33,050 nucleotides of DNA, taken from Intoshia linei. Taxonomy: Eukaryota > Animalia > Orthonectida. The stretch spans positions 1 through 33,050 of the forward strand of contig LWCA01000300.1 in assembly GCA_001642005.1 (NCBI GenBank). The letters run 5' to 3'. Shown here in pieces: positions 1 through 11,222 of this stretch; the stretch's first letter is position 1; every line of letters starts with the position of its first letter. A program made the translations under genes and the position numbers. Under the pieces are notes generated by a model. That model was not told the origin of the DNA. It did not search any database and was given only the letters and a program-made list of their open reading frames with translations.

Positions 1-1028
1 TCCAGAAAATGGTTTTAATAGCATTTTTATAGGGTGCTCTAATGTTTTGTCGGGGTGTACATGATGTGAACCTGCATTTTCGTATAATGAATATTTTTGC
101 AAAGTATGTATGACATTATTTCAATAATGCTGGATCGTGTTTTGGGGTTTTTGATAACAACGTAATATATGGAAATATATTTTTCCTATTTCATGGAAAT
201 GTAATTTTTATAAAATTATTAATACCACCAACTCATCCATGTCACAAGACTTTATGAATCTGTCAAATTGAACAAACCGTGTTTTTACTTTTTTTTTCAT
301 CTAAAATAAAATGAGTATAAAACCATTTTAGATATACCTTGACATTACCATATGAAAAATTAATGACTGACAAAAACAATGAATTGTTTACGATATCATC
401 TATATTTCCATCCGTTCTTTCATCAGCTGCTTTTATAGATTCATAATCAAGTTTAACTAACTAAAAAATAATATTTATAAAAATCCGTTACTCTACCTCA
501 TTGCAAAAATATCTTTCTTTTTTAATTGGCATGTTGACCAAATTGTCCATAAAAAATACGACATTACAATAAGTATCATAATCACTATATTTCGAAAAAA
601 TACATTGATGCAAAATAGATTCGTGTAAATTTTTAAATATCAACGTAGTTATAGACTGCGGTAAGACATGCATCATATATTCTCCGTATCCTGTATTTAG
701 TAAATTTAAAAATTCTTCACCGATAAGATCATGCGATAACAGATAACTAATTTCAATTTTATAATTTTGTCCATGCATATTCATTGGAACAAGATCGTAA
801 GTTAAAAATCTTGTAACATAATCAAATATACTATATTCAACGGACTTCTTTACTACTTTACTTTTCGTCTATGTACTTTGATCATAATAAAAAAAATGTT
901 ATAATACCTGCCTATTGTATGCGTACAATAAAATAATATACTCCATAAACATTGATATGGTTTGATCCATTGTTTTTGTGTATAATGCCTTGGGTTTAGA
1001 ATATGCATTATCTACTTTAGAATCGAAG
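1..1028 (-). CDS. Unknown multi-exon protein, runs off the window's left edge; start codon uncertain (possibly ATG at 970)
   Basis: Open frame maintained across minus-strand GT-AG introns 869-907, 461-491, 301-337, 186-225 and probably 72-114, giving ...MDQTISMFMEYIILLYAYNRQTKSKVVKKSVEYSIFDYVTRFLTYDLVPMNMHG...MKKKVKTRFVQFDRFIKSCDMDELVEKYIS...PYKNAIKTIFW. No family recognised. Confidence 0.7.
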
Positions 1029-2272
1029 CTAAAAGTACATTTTTTAAAATAAAATAAGAATTATATATTCCTGAACTTTTAGAATGTTTTAGGTTCATCA
1101 AAATTACCTCAAAAGATAAATTCATTTTTATAAAATCCGATTAACAAAATAATATTATATAGCGCAAGCGTGAGTGGCTAGCAAGTGCTCAAACGGAAAT
1201 AATTTTGAGTAGTGCATTATTTGGTTGTACGTTAAAAGTTTTTATATCTGTAAATGTATTAACGCATGATGTAAAACAAGGTGGCCAGTTATGCACTAAA
1301 TGGGTGGTTCCCGTGACCCCTCAACAAGTTTAAATATTTTTATACACATCAGGGGTCCATACGGTTTATTTGATAACATTTGTACTAAATACAGATTTTC
1401 ACAAATAAATTATACTCCAATGTCAAATCAGATTCCAAAGGAAGACCAAACATGTTTCCATGAATATTTTTCAACAATGACATACAGACGAATTTAATAA
1501 ATTTTTCTAAATTGTTTAAATTATATTAATATTGGAAATACCGTCTAATTTTGGGTTGTCATTTACCAATGTTTTTATGTCATCATCAGTATAACATTTA
1601 AATACCTTAACCAATGAGTAGACTAATTGAGGTGCAGTTATATGTTCGTGTTCCATACTATTTTCTATTAAAAGATCAAAATCACAAATTATTTTCAAAT
1701 AAAATTATATTTAAATCAAAATTTGGTATAATAAGGTTATTTTTAAGTGTTAATTTTTTAGTTGTAACTTATTGTAAATTAAAAATTGTATAACAATTAT
1801 TGTAAATTACAATTTGTAATTGCAAATTGCAAATTTTGTCAACTAACTAGCAAAAATCGCATTATAAAGCACAGTCAAATGCACATTAGGATGTTAACTT
1901 TTACTACTTTTGTCAATCAAAAAAAAGTATATTTCAGCATCTGAGTTTTTTGCTATGCTGAACAAAATGGTAAAAAAACTTTTTAATTTTGTTAACAATA
2001 ACTCTCGCGCATTTGTCATTTATCAATAATCTGCCAAAAAAAATAAATAAAGTTAATTTCAGTTAAAATTAGTAAGTTACCATCACTATTTGTGTACCTG
2101 TAGCCCTGAAATGGCGGGATTTCGATTACTTTCATGTAGTTACAACATTTACATACATTTCTTTGATTAATAATACATGATTTATATACTATTCTATACT
2201 TACTAGTATTATTCTTCGATTTGTGCTGTCAAAAGTCTTATTATATTCAAAAAGATATAGACGATAAATATT

Positions 2273-3140
2273 ACCACTTACCAAAAGCTTCATCTTTTAT
2301 AGACGTAACAAAAACTGGATTTTCAGTTTTATTTACGGTAATTCCGTTAAAAATTTTCTACATTGAGGCTGGTGTAATTTCATAAGGCAGTGGTTACTAA
2401 AGTTTTTCACCGTTGACTCACATTATCATTCATAATTTTTCACTTATAACATAAAAAAATGTTTTAGGGTCCGTTAAAGTTATTTTTATGATATGGAACC
2501 TTTAATTTTGATACTTTGGGATCCGCTGATATATCCAACAAGATAATTAAAAATAATTTAGGAAGTAACATCAATATTCTTTGTGTTTATATAAAAGATA
2601 GATGTTATTATCTCAGCAGTTAGTTTTATAGGAGCGTGTGCTGTTTTGTTGTGTATTTATATTACGATCAAATAAAAACTATAAGTCGACATTAAGTAGT
2701 GTAAACATAAATACTTTGTGTAATATTGTTTCTAAATAAACATCTTCATAATTATATATTTTTTATATTACAATTACTGATAATTGCTGGTTTAATATTT
2801 CAACCACTAAATTGTCTTTTTGAAGTGGTAATTGTAGTCAGTGGAATACCATTCTATGTATTTTTTGTCGTCAAAAAAATTGAAATAAATTTTATCACTT
2901 CATAGACAAGCAGTGATTAAACTTTGAATTTAAAGTATTTAAATTGTATAAATTATTACTATGAATTTATTTGAATGGCTCTATCCGAAAAAAATAAATT
3001 CAGTAAATTCAATTTTGAAAAATATGAAATTAGCAATGATGAATCAGAAAATATTTCATATTTTTAGGAAATTTTGTTATATATATGAAAATATAAACTA
3101 CCAAACGATGTATTCAAAGTATCAAAGCAGTGAGGTACGT
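2273..3140 (+). pseudogene. Unprocessed partial duplicate of the 3' half (exons 7-10 plus 3' flank) of the downstream SLC7 gene
   Basis: Collinear with ~8296-9320 including introns (e.g. ccacttaccaaaagc, gggtccgttaaagttatttttatgatatgg, gtaacatcaatattctttgtgtttatat, gaatggctcta). Carries indels in exon 8, a degraded acceptor near 2735 and an altered donor (gacaagcagtg vs gacaagtaagtg). No 5' exons. Confidence 0.9.
2388..2528. mobile_element. hAT/Charlie-like MITE, copy carried inside the duplicated SLC7 intron
   Basis: Ends cagtggttactaaagt and actttgggatccgctg form an imperfect 16-bp TIR; same position as the 8451-8616 copy. Confidence 0.6.
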
Positions 3141-3311
3141 ATCATAGTATACATTAACGTGAGCCAATATTTTTATGGAGTAGTCTTAGTTAAACTTTAA
3201 TTACATGAATTTCAAGAAAACGAATGTAGAAAATTTATATAATTCAAATCGATCAACAATACATTTTTATATTAAGAAGATAAATAGGATCATACTGATA
3301 TTACTATACAT

Positions 3312-3570
3312 CAGGGCCGGCAACCAGTGACCCACAGAATAATTTTGGTGGCCCTTTGAGTGAATATGTAAATTATTTATTTTTAAATTTTTCAACTTTT
3401 TAATACTGAATTTTCAAATCGTCCTGGATAGTATTTTGTATAATATACTATAACCGCATCTCTTTTATTAAAATTGAAATGTATCATGTGTCAATTTTCA
3501 AAAACGGGGCCCGTGGAATTTTTTAATATAAAAAAGTGGTACATGAGATGCAAAAGGTTGCCGACCCCTG
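3312..3570. mobile_element. hAT (Buster/Charlie-type) MITE, 259 bp
   Basis: TIRs cagggccggcaacc and ggttgccgacccctg; perfect 8-bp TSD ctatacat (3304-3311 and 3571-3578). Confidence 0.9.
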
Positions 3571-3985
3571 CTATACATCAATATTTTTTGATGATTTTTT
3601 TCAGGTTTATATTTTTCATTTGGCCGGTGGCCTTGAGCTTGGTAATTTCGGGTCTGCTAGTACATTAAAAAAAATTGGTATAACTTCTCGGTCCAAACAA
3701 TTTTTGTCTCGAAGAATTTACAAAATATAAAATAAGACCGAAACTGACGGATGACCTTTGAAAAATGTATTATTTTGAATACTAAAAAACATAATAAATA
3801 TTTGCACATAGTGTACAGCAAAATACTAAAGTAAATAAAAATTCAGTATTTATTAAATATACATTCCTTTTAAGTAGTTTTATTTTTCAAATCGTCTATT
3901 TGAGGTAAGGATAGCAGCACTAATAAAAAATATTAGTGTAAACCTATTAACTAATACTGTGAAAATTGAAAAATAATCACTTTAA

Positions 3986-6900
3986 ATGACTGAACGAAAA
4001 TTGGAAAGATCAATGGGACTGCTTTCCGGTATTTCCATGATTGTAGGAGTAATAATTGGATGTGGTATTTTTATCAGTCCCGTAGACATTTTGAAAGCAA
4101 CTGATAACGTTGGAATGTCACTAATTGTTTGGTTAATTTGCGGAATTATTGCTACATTGGGTTCTTTAATTTTCGCAGAACTTGGATGCAATTTTCAAGA
4201 ATCGGGCGGAATATACACGTATGCCAATGAATTAGGCAGTGTGTATGGATTTCATATTATGTGGGCTATGATGTTTGTATTGAATCCATGCTCTATTGCA
4301 GGTAAATAACAATAAATACATTTAAAGATATTTATTCTACTAGCAAAGGCTATAGCCGCGTCAAGCAATTTGATTCAATTGTGTTTTGTTGGCTGTTCAG
4401 CTCCAATAATAATTATAATTATAATTTCAATATGCATAATATGTAACAAATTATTTTTTTATATGATTTAATCAACTATAATTATGATCAATCCTTCAAG
4501 GTTATTGTAAATTACATATTGTATATGCAATACATAGTTTTTTTTGTTAGATAACACTAGACAACAAAAATTAACTTTTTGGTTTACTTATGGGGTCTAA
4601 CTAGTGATTGTGCCGGGGAAAAAAACCAGAACAAAATTCCCGGATTTCCCGAAAAAAAATTGAGACATACCTGTATTTGATTTGTCATTTGAATGTTTGT
4701 TATTACTATGAAAATATGATTATATTATAATATTTAAAATTTACCATTTCAAAAATCCCACCACTAATAAAATTTAATCAAAAATACTATTTCAATTCCT
4801 CATGAAAAAATTGACTTACACCGATATTCTTTTCAAAAATCCGATTTTAAGAAATCTTCACTTCATCAAACCACAAATAAAAAATCTAATTCTCCAGCCC
4901 TTAATAGAAAAATATTCTTTTTGCAATAATTTTTTTAAAAACCTCTTATTCCAATCACAAATTACTAACGTTTAAGGGAATTACCCTATTTTTCCAATAT
5001 TATTTTTAAAAATATTATGACTTGTTACGAACTAGAACGCTATCATCAAGATTGTTAAAATTAAAAGAAGCTCTTATGACCGTTCAACCTACGTCAACAC
5101 AAAATGAAAGAAATTTCTCTACTGCTTGTAATTTCGTTACAAAACGTAGAACGCGTCAATCTCACGCTTAAAAGACGAATCTATCAATATTATGAGTGTT
5201 TTGAAACACTTTTTCAACAATCTAAAATAAATAAATTTTTTTCTAATTAAATTTGTAAATTTCAATTTAGATTCGTGTTGTTTCATTAATTAAATTAATT
5301 TTTGTTTTTAAAATTAATTAAGGTCTCTAAAATTTTTAATGCTTCTATATGATATATGAATAAAAAATTAATATTTTTTCCGGGAAATCACAATCACTAA
5401 GTCTAACCATTTAAGTTTAAAGTGTGACGTTTTCTGAGCAGAACATCATTATTAAACAATATAGTATAAAATTATAATTTTTTACTAGTTTACACAGGTT
5501 TAATTTACAAAAAATTTTAAAATTGTAATGTTAGATATGCAGTACCATTAAAAATGATGATAAAATGTTGATTTTTGATGAAAATACTGAATAGGTTCCC
5601 AAATTTTTTGTGTGTTTGTAACCATTTATATAAGAAAATAAAATGAGTAGAGTTCAAATTTCTAATACGTCATCATCATTATTAATACATTGATAACACA
5701 CTAATGTATATAATATTAAAAAATCACACCACCAAATTTTTTTTAAAAGTTTTTACACAAATGTTAAAAAAATAAAATTAAAATAAATTAATATTAAGTG
5801 TAATAATAATCACTATAAATGTAATTTAATGTTAACCGGTCCACGGTGAATCAAGTTTTAGAACCACTACTTCGTCTTAAATCCATGATAAAAATAAAAA
5901 CTATGTACTAAATGTATTTACATTTTATTTTTTATGGGATTCATGTTATTTATGATGATTCTTTAGGTTTGTAACTATAATTCGATGGTTTTTAAGATAT
6001 TAAAAGCATTGTCTATAATAAATTAAAAATTCTGCCCTCGGCAGAGCTAGCTACTGTTTGTACGAAGTACGTAACAGTCTAGCTTGTTTCATTATAATAT
6101 TTTTGAACATTTCATTTAGATCTAAAAGTAAAATATAAAGCATACAGTTTTTTAAAAAGGGGTGATTTATAGCAAAGACTACAAAATCGTAAGATTATAC
6201 AATTCACGCATAAATTATTTAATTTTTATTTTGAGATTATCAATGATTGGACATTTAGAATTATACAAAAAATTGCATTATTCATTAAAATAATGACTTT
6301 GTAGATATTACATTAATAACATATAATAGATCATTGATCATGAATTAATTGAATGTTGTATATTAAAATTGAAACTAAAAACTAATTATATTTATGAACT
6401 TTATATGAAAAATATACATTTTTTCAGTCCTCATTGCATCGTATAAACATTATACACAGTATTCTTTTATGTAGTGCGACCATATTTAATTCGTAGTACT
6501 CAAATTGTACTATTTTTTGTTATTAGTAACCATAATAGTATCTCAATAAATGATGATAAATTTATAAAGAACATTGGGTGAAAAGTTAAGATGAAAAGTA
6601 TATAATTAATGATAGAATCTATCATATTATTAATAAATAATTGTTGATAATATTTAATTATATTTCTCGCTAAACGCGATTTTATAACATAATGATCTAC
6701 TAATTTATGGAACATATCAACACAAGTTTTTTTATCTTTATCAAATTTCATAATACTTAGGCATTTATGACATTCTACATAATCATTGCCTTTTTTTTAA
6801 CCTTAAATTTAGTAATCCAGTTTTCATTAAAATTATATCGATTTTTTGGCATTGTCGATTCAAAATATAAAAAATATCATCTTCATATTAAACTTTATTT

Positions 6901-9190
6901 GATATAATTCAGTAAAATTTTCACTGAAGAATGTTATTGTTATTTGTCACGTTTTAATTAGTACGAAATCATGTTATTTTCATTTCGTACTTTTTGTATA
7001 AATTCGTACTTATGGTCGTACTTATGGTCGCACTATTTATGGCCAGTACAAGGCTTATATTATAAGCTGGTTCAATTGATACATTTGAAAAAAATGTACT
7101 GAATTTTTTAATTTTGGCCGATATGTCCAATGTTTTATACAGGGTTTTCTACTTTTATTATTATTACTTAAACTTAGTGAAATATTTAGGTTTATTCACA
7201 CATATTAATATGAGCAGCACATATATGTCAAATGTCATTCAGAAACTGTTTACATTAATGAAAATTGCCGTTTGCATATTTATATTTTCAGTTGGAGTAT
7301 ACAATCTTTGTATAGGTATTTTTTTATTTTATATTATGCATGTATGTTAGGAAAATATGGAGCTCTAGAAAACAGTTTTGATGGGTTTTTTTCAAAATTA
7401 AATGGAGGGTTTATTATAGCATTGTACCAATGTTTGTTTTCTTTCAATGGATGGTATTCGCTGAATTTTTTGACTGAAGAATTAAAATCGCCAGAAAGGT
7501 AATGTATTAATATTTTATAAATAGTATAACTATTTAGAAATCTGCCAAGGTCCATTATAATATCACTACCACTTATTATAGCAATTTATATAATGACAAA
7601 TATAGGATATTTAACTCAAATATCAAAGGAAGAGTTTATAGCATCATGTTCTATCGGATTGGTACTAAAATAAATCTAATAAATATAAATGTTAAGACCT
7701 TTGCTGGCAGCGTTCATCTTTATGCCACTTATATTATTCCAATTTTTATTGCATGTTCTTGTATAGGAAGTATAAATGGAAATATGCTTAGTGTCACGAG
7801 GTAATAGTTACATTTATTATAATCATGACCATGGAGAGGTGCTAGGGTCCATATAACGGGCCTAATATTCTAAATTGATAGGTGATATGAGAACAATGTT
7901 ATGTATATTTGTTTCGAAATTTTTTTACTCGATCAAGCTAATGCTACAAAAAGTTTGGCAACGACTGGATGAAATAATAGATAGATGAACCCAAATTGTT
8001 TTTAAATGTGTATATAGTGGTCTACAGTTTTCATCTGGCCGGATCCACTGTTGGCCATCCACGGCCCTGATTATAAAAATTATATTGTATTGAAATTGTG
8101 TTAGGAATTATTAATATTATTGTAATAAATATATTTTATGAAATATTAATGGGTTAATACATAATATATGTAAAACAGTTATTATACGGTCAATTTATTT
8201 TATAATACAGATATTATTGATTAGATTATAATTTTATACTAGTTTATTTCTAATTTTGAAATTTATAGAATGTATTTTGTGGCTGCGCGGAAAAACCACT
8301 TACCAAAAGCGTTTTCTTTTATAGACGTAACAAACACACCTGGATTTTCTGTTTTGTTTACGGTAATTCCATTAATATTTATAAATGATTATAAAAGAAA
8401 TATATAAATATATATTTTTTCTAAATGGAGGCTGGTGTAATTTCATAATTCAATGATTACCAAATTTTTCACCGTGGACCACTTTATCATTAATAATTTT
8501 CCACTGATTGTAAGTTTTACTTGTATAACAGCCTTATTTATAAAAAAATGTTCTAGGGTCCGTTAAAGTTATTTTTATGATATGGCATCTTTCAGTTCGA
8601 TACTTTGGATCCGCTGATATATACAAAAATTAATAATTTTAAATAATTTAGGGAGTAACATCAATATTCTTTGTGTTTATATCAAAGATAGATGTCCTTA
8701 TTTCAGCAGTTAGTTTTATTGAAGCATGTGCGGTGTTATTGTGTGTTTACATTTTAATAAAAATACGATCAAATAAAAACTATAAGTCGACCCTCAAAGT
8801 AATATAAAAATAAATATTCTGTGTAATATTATTTATAGCTTAACATCTTCATAATTTATATATTTTTTATATTACAATTAATGATAATAATTGCTGGTTT
8901 AATATTTCAACCTCTACATTGTCTTCTTGGAGTGGTAATTGTACTGACTGGAATACCATTCTATATATTGTTTGTCGTCAAAAAACTTGAAATAAATTCT
9001 ATCACCTCATTGACAAGTAAGTGAATAAATTTTAAATTCAATATATTTAGATGCGATAAATTATTATTATCAATTAATTCGAATGGCTCTACCCGAAAAA
9101 AATGAGTCCATTACATTCAATTCTGAAAAATATGAAATTATCAATGACGAATCAGAAAATATATATAATCAAGATATTAAAAAACAATAA
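3986..9190 (+). CDS. L-type/heteromeric amino acid transporter light chain (SLC7A5-11 family, APC superfamily), 10 exons
   Basis: Exons 3986-4301, 4344-4442, 7190-7315, 7351-7498, 7538-7661, 7697-7800, 8269-8362, 8652-8798, 8839-9016, 9051-9190 join in frame with GT-AG introns. Family motifs: IVGVIIGCGIFISP, FAELG...[64 protein letters not shown]. Confidence 0.93.
4602..5399 (+). mobile_element. Internally deleted hAT transposon retaining a transposase C-terminal dimerisation-domain relic
   Basis: 11-bp TIR tagtgattgtg/cacaatcacta; TSD ggtctaac/agtctaac (7/8); ~5055-5230 reads LKLKEALMTVQPTSTQNERNFSTACNFVTKRRTR..KDESINIMSVLKHFF*, matching the hAT motif (P-T-S-x2-x-E-R-x-F-S). Confidence 0.88.
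5590..5869. mobile_element. hAT/Charlie-like MITE, same family as 8451-8616 but inverted
   Basis: Ends aataggttcccaaa and ttttagaaccacta; subterminal ggtccacggtgaa is the reverse complement of ttcaccgtggacc at ~8468. TSD not recognisable. Confidence 0.6.
6472..7035 (-). mobile_element. hAT-like element (Blackjack-like TIR) with 6-bp TSD and a transposase N-terminal relic
   Basis: Perfect 13-bp TIR tagtgcgaccata/tatggtcgcacta; flanks tttatg (6466-6471 and 7036-7041); subterminal tcgtac(t) repeats; minus strand from ~6852 reads MPKNRYNFNENWITKFKVKK/GNDYVECHKCLSIMKF with one frameshift in an A-run. Confidence 0.8.
7824..8069. mobile_element. hAT-type MITE in SLC7 intron 6
   Basis: TIR catgaccatgga vs reverse-complemented right end cagggccgtgga (9/12); TSD attataat/attataaa; related copy at 9668-9905. 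Confidence 0.75.
8451..8616. mobile_element. Old hAT/Charlie-like MITE in SLC7 intron 7
   Basis: Degenerate TIRs caatgattaccaaa and tttggatccgctg (resembling CAGTGGTTCCCAAA); related to 5590-5869 and 2388-2528. Confidence 0.6.
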
Positions 9191-9302
9191 AAATTAATTT
9201 TTTTTTCATAATGATTTTCTTAATTTTAAAAATTATGATATTCAAGCATTTCATATTTTTAGGAAATTTTTTTATAGATAAGGTAATGTAAAATATCAAA
9301 GT

Positions 9303-9370
9303 ACGATGCAGTGACGTACAATGTATTTTAGACTATGACATACGTTGTACAATGTACATCAATGCATCGT
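9303..9370. repeat. Inverted repeat/hairpin with a 23-bp stem and 22-nt loop
   Basis: acgatgcagtgacgtacaatgta (9303-9325) pairs with tacaatgtacatcaatgcatcgt (9348-9370), 20/23 Watson-Crick. Confidence 0.8.
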
Positions 9371-9667
9371 CAGTAAAGCTGAATCAGTAGACCGAGAAAA
9401 AACTTCTAACCTGAAAAACATTATATTCCGTATTGGAATTTCCAATTTCCTGGAATACACTATCTAAAATATTTTTATTTTTTGTTTATGAGGAGCCGAT
9501 GAATGATCGTATTGTATCGAAATACTATATCAACCTAATAAATGTTAACGCTTCAATTTTACCTCATAGATTATCTAAAGTATTTTTAACAATTTCCTTT
9601 ACAATTTGATAAAATTAAGTTAACATACAAATACGCGTTTTGCCATAAGTGCTATACATTGTCTAAC

Positions 9668-9905
9668 CAAAACCATGGAGGGCTAGCAATAGGCCGGACC
9701 AGATGAAAATTGTAAGGACATATAATGTTTAAATTAGATGTCTATACATTGTTTAATCGATCGTTTATTGTTTAAAAATATCACTTGAAAATCAAATTGG
9801 TCGTTACAAAAATGAAAATTTCTAATATTACCTACTGATAAATTAAAATAGTAGGTCTCCCATGACTGTAGGTCCGGGTCATGTGGCTCTCTCTTCAATG
9901 TCATG
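9668..9905. mobile_element. hAT-type MITE, inverted relative of 7824-8069
   Basis: Left part ccatggagggctagcaataggccggaccagatgaaaattgta aligns to the reverse complement of ~8020-8065; right end ttcaatgtcatg; TSD tgtctaac/tgtataat (6/8). Confidence 0.7.
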
Positions 9906-10281
9906 TGTATAATTATTAAATAATAACATAATGACATCAATGCAGTCTTACAACATTAAAAACTTCACATATCTGGTCTCAAATGTCAATAGTGTCATTT
10001 ATGCCTTGTCAAAAGATTAATTATAATTTTGATAATCTTATTTGAAAATTCAATTCAATTGAAAATTTTGCTTGTAAAGGCGTGCTATTCGACACATACA
10101 CAATTCATAACTGAAATGCCCCTGAGATAACTAAACTAAAATTAAACATTTGAGTGTGAAAGTTTCAGACTGAAACTGATAATTATGAGATAGCATAGCT
10201 ATTAGCTATAGAAATATGTATTTAATTTAATTTAAAATTTATTGTATTTTCAATAACTATATCTCACAATTACAACAAAGG

Positions 10282-10914
10282 ATGTTTAACGAAGAGAATC
10301 ACAAATGTGAGTTGCTTAAGGAGCAGGTATGTTTTTGATACCAAAATATGTTAGAATAAAAATTTAGGACAGATTTTTACCCATCGCTAACGTATCTAGA
10401 ATGATGAAGAATTCTTTGCCACCACCAGGAAAGGTTTGTTTCAATAAAATTATATATTTAATTACAATATTTACTTTTAATTTTCTGAAATAGGTGGCTA
10501 AAGAAACAAAAGAATGTATGCAAGAATGTGTTTCCGAATTTATTAGTTTTGTGACTAGTGAGTATATAATTAAAAAGCAATTTTACAGTTATATTTAGAG
10601 CTGGAGAAAAGTGCATTTTGGAAAAACGAAAAACCATTAATGGAGAAGACATTATACATTCATTAGCTACTCTAGGATTTGAAAATTATGTTGAACCATT
10701 ACAAAAATTTCTAGTTCAGTACCGCCAAAAAAAGGTAAGAGTAATTTTAAATCTTGATTAATTTTAGGCTTTATCCAATCAAGTACAACCTAAAGAAGAT
10801 GACAGTAGTGACTCTAGTCAAAATTTGCCTAAACCAGGTAATCACAATAAATAGGCTGCTATAATTCAACTAGGTGAACTTCCAAAATCATTAATTCCTG
10901 GACATTGGGATTAG
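10282..10914 (+). CDS. NFYB: Nuclear transcription factor Y subunit beta (histone-fold CCAAT-binding factor), 6 exons
   Basis: Exons 10282-10326, 10368-10433, 10494-10561, 10599-10734, 10768-10837, 10874-10914 give [87 protein letters not shown], the NF-YB core. Confidence 0.97.
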
Positions 10915-11222
10915 TTCAACATCCTGTTGAATTGTTATATAATAATTTGGTTGATTTGTTATATTAAACTTATACAATCCGTAACCTGACCTAACTTTTA
11001 ATACCTAGCATTCAATAACACGAAATATATACTAATAAATGTATAATACTTGAAAAACGTAAACAAACTGTTTGGATATATCCGGTATTGTTATTGACTA
11101 GTTGGTACATTATTCCAAAACACTGAATGTTTGTGCTATGTCTAAAATTTATTGAATGAAAATGCATATTTATATTTTGAGAGCAACAGTTGCCAAAATT
11201 TATAAAATTACATTTACATAAG

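Noticed and set aside
1300-1850. Short ORFs 1300-1497 and 1516-1698 plus a ttgtaa-rich cluster
   Set aside because: Probably decayed transposon sequence; no paired TIR/TSD, splice structure or motif could be established.
2961-3200. 79-aa ORF MNLFEWLYPKK
   Set aside because: Out-of-frame reading of the pseudogenised last SLC7 exon and its flank.
3474-3730. Two overlapping 64-aa ORFs
   Set aside because: They cross the right end of a MITE and show no protein motif.
8451-8510. Intronic C/D-box snoRNA (caATGATTA...CTGAttg)
   Set aside because: Better explained as the decayed left end of a Charlie-like MITE with relatives at 2388 and 5590-5869; the boxes are not kept in those copies.
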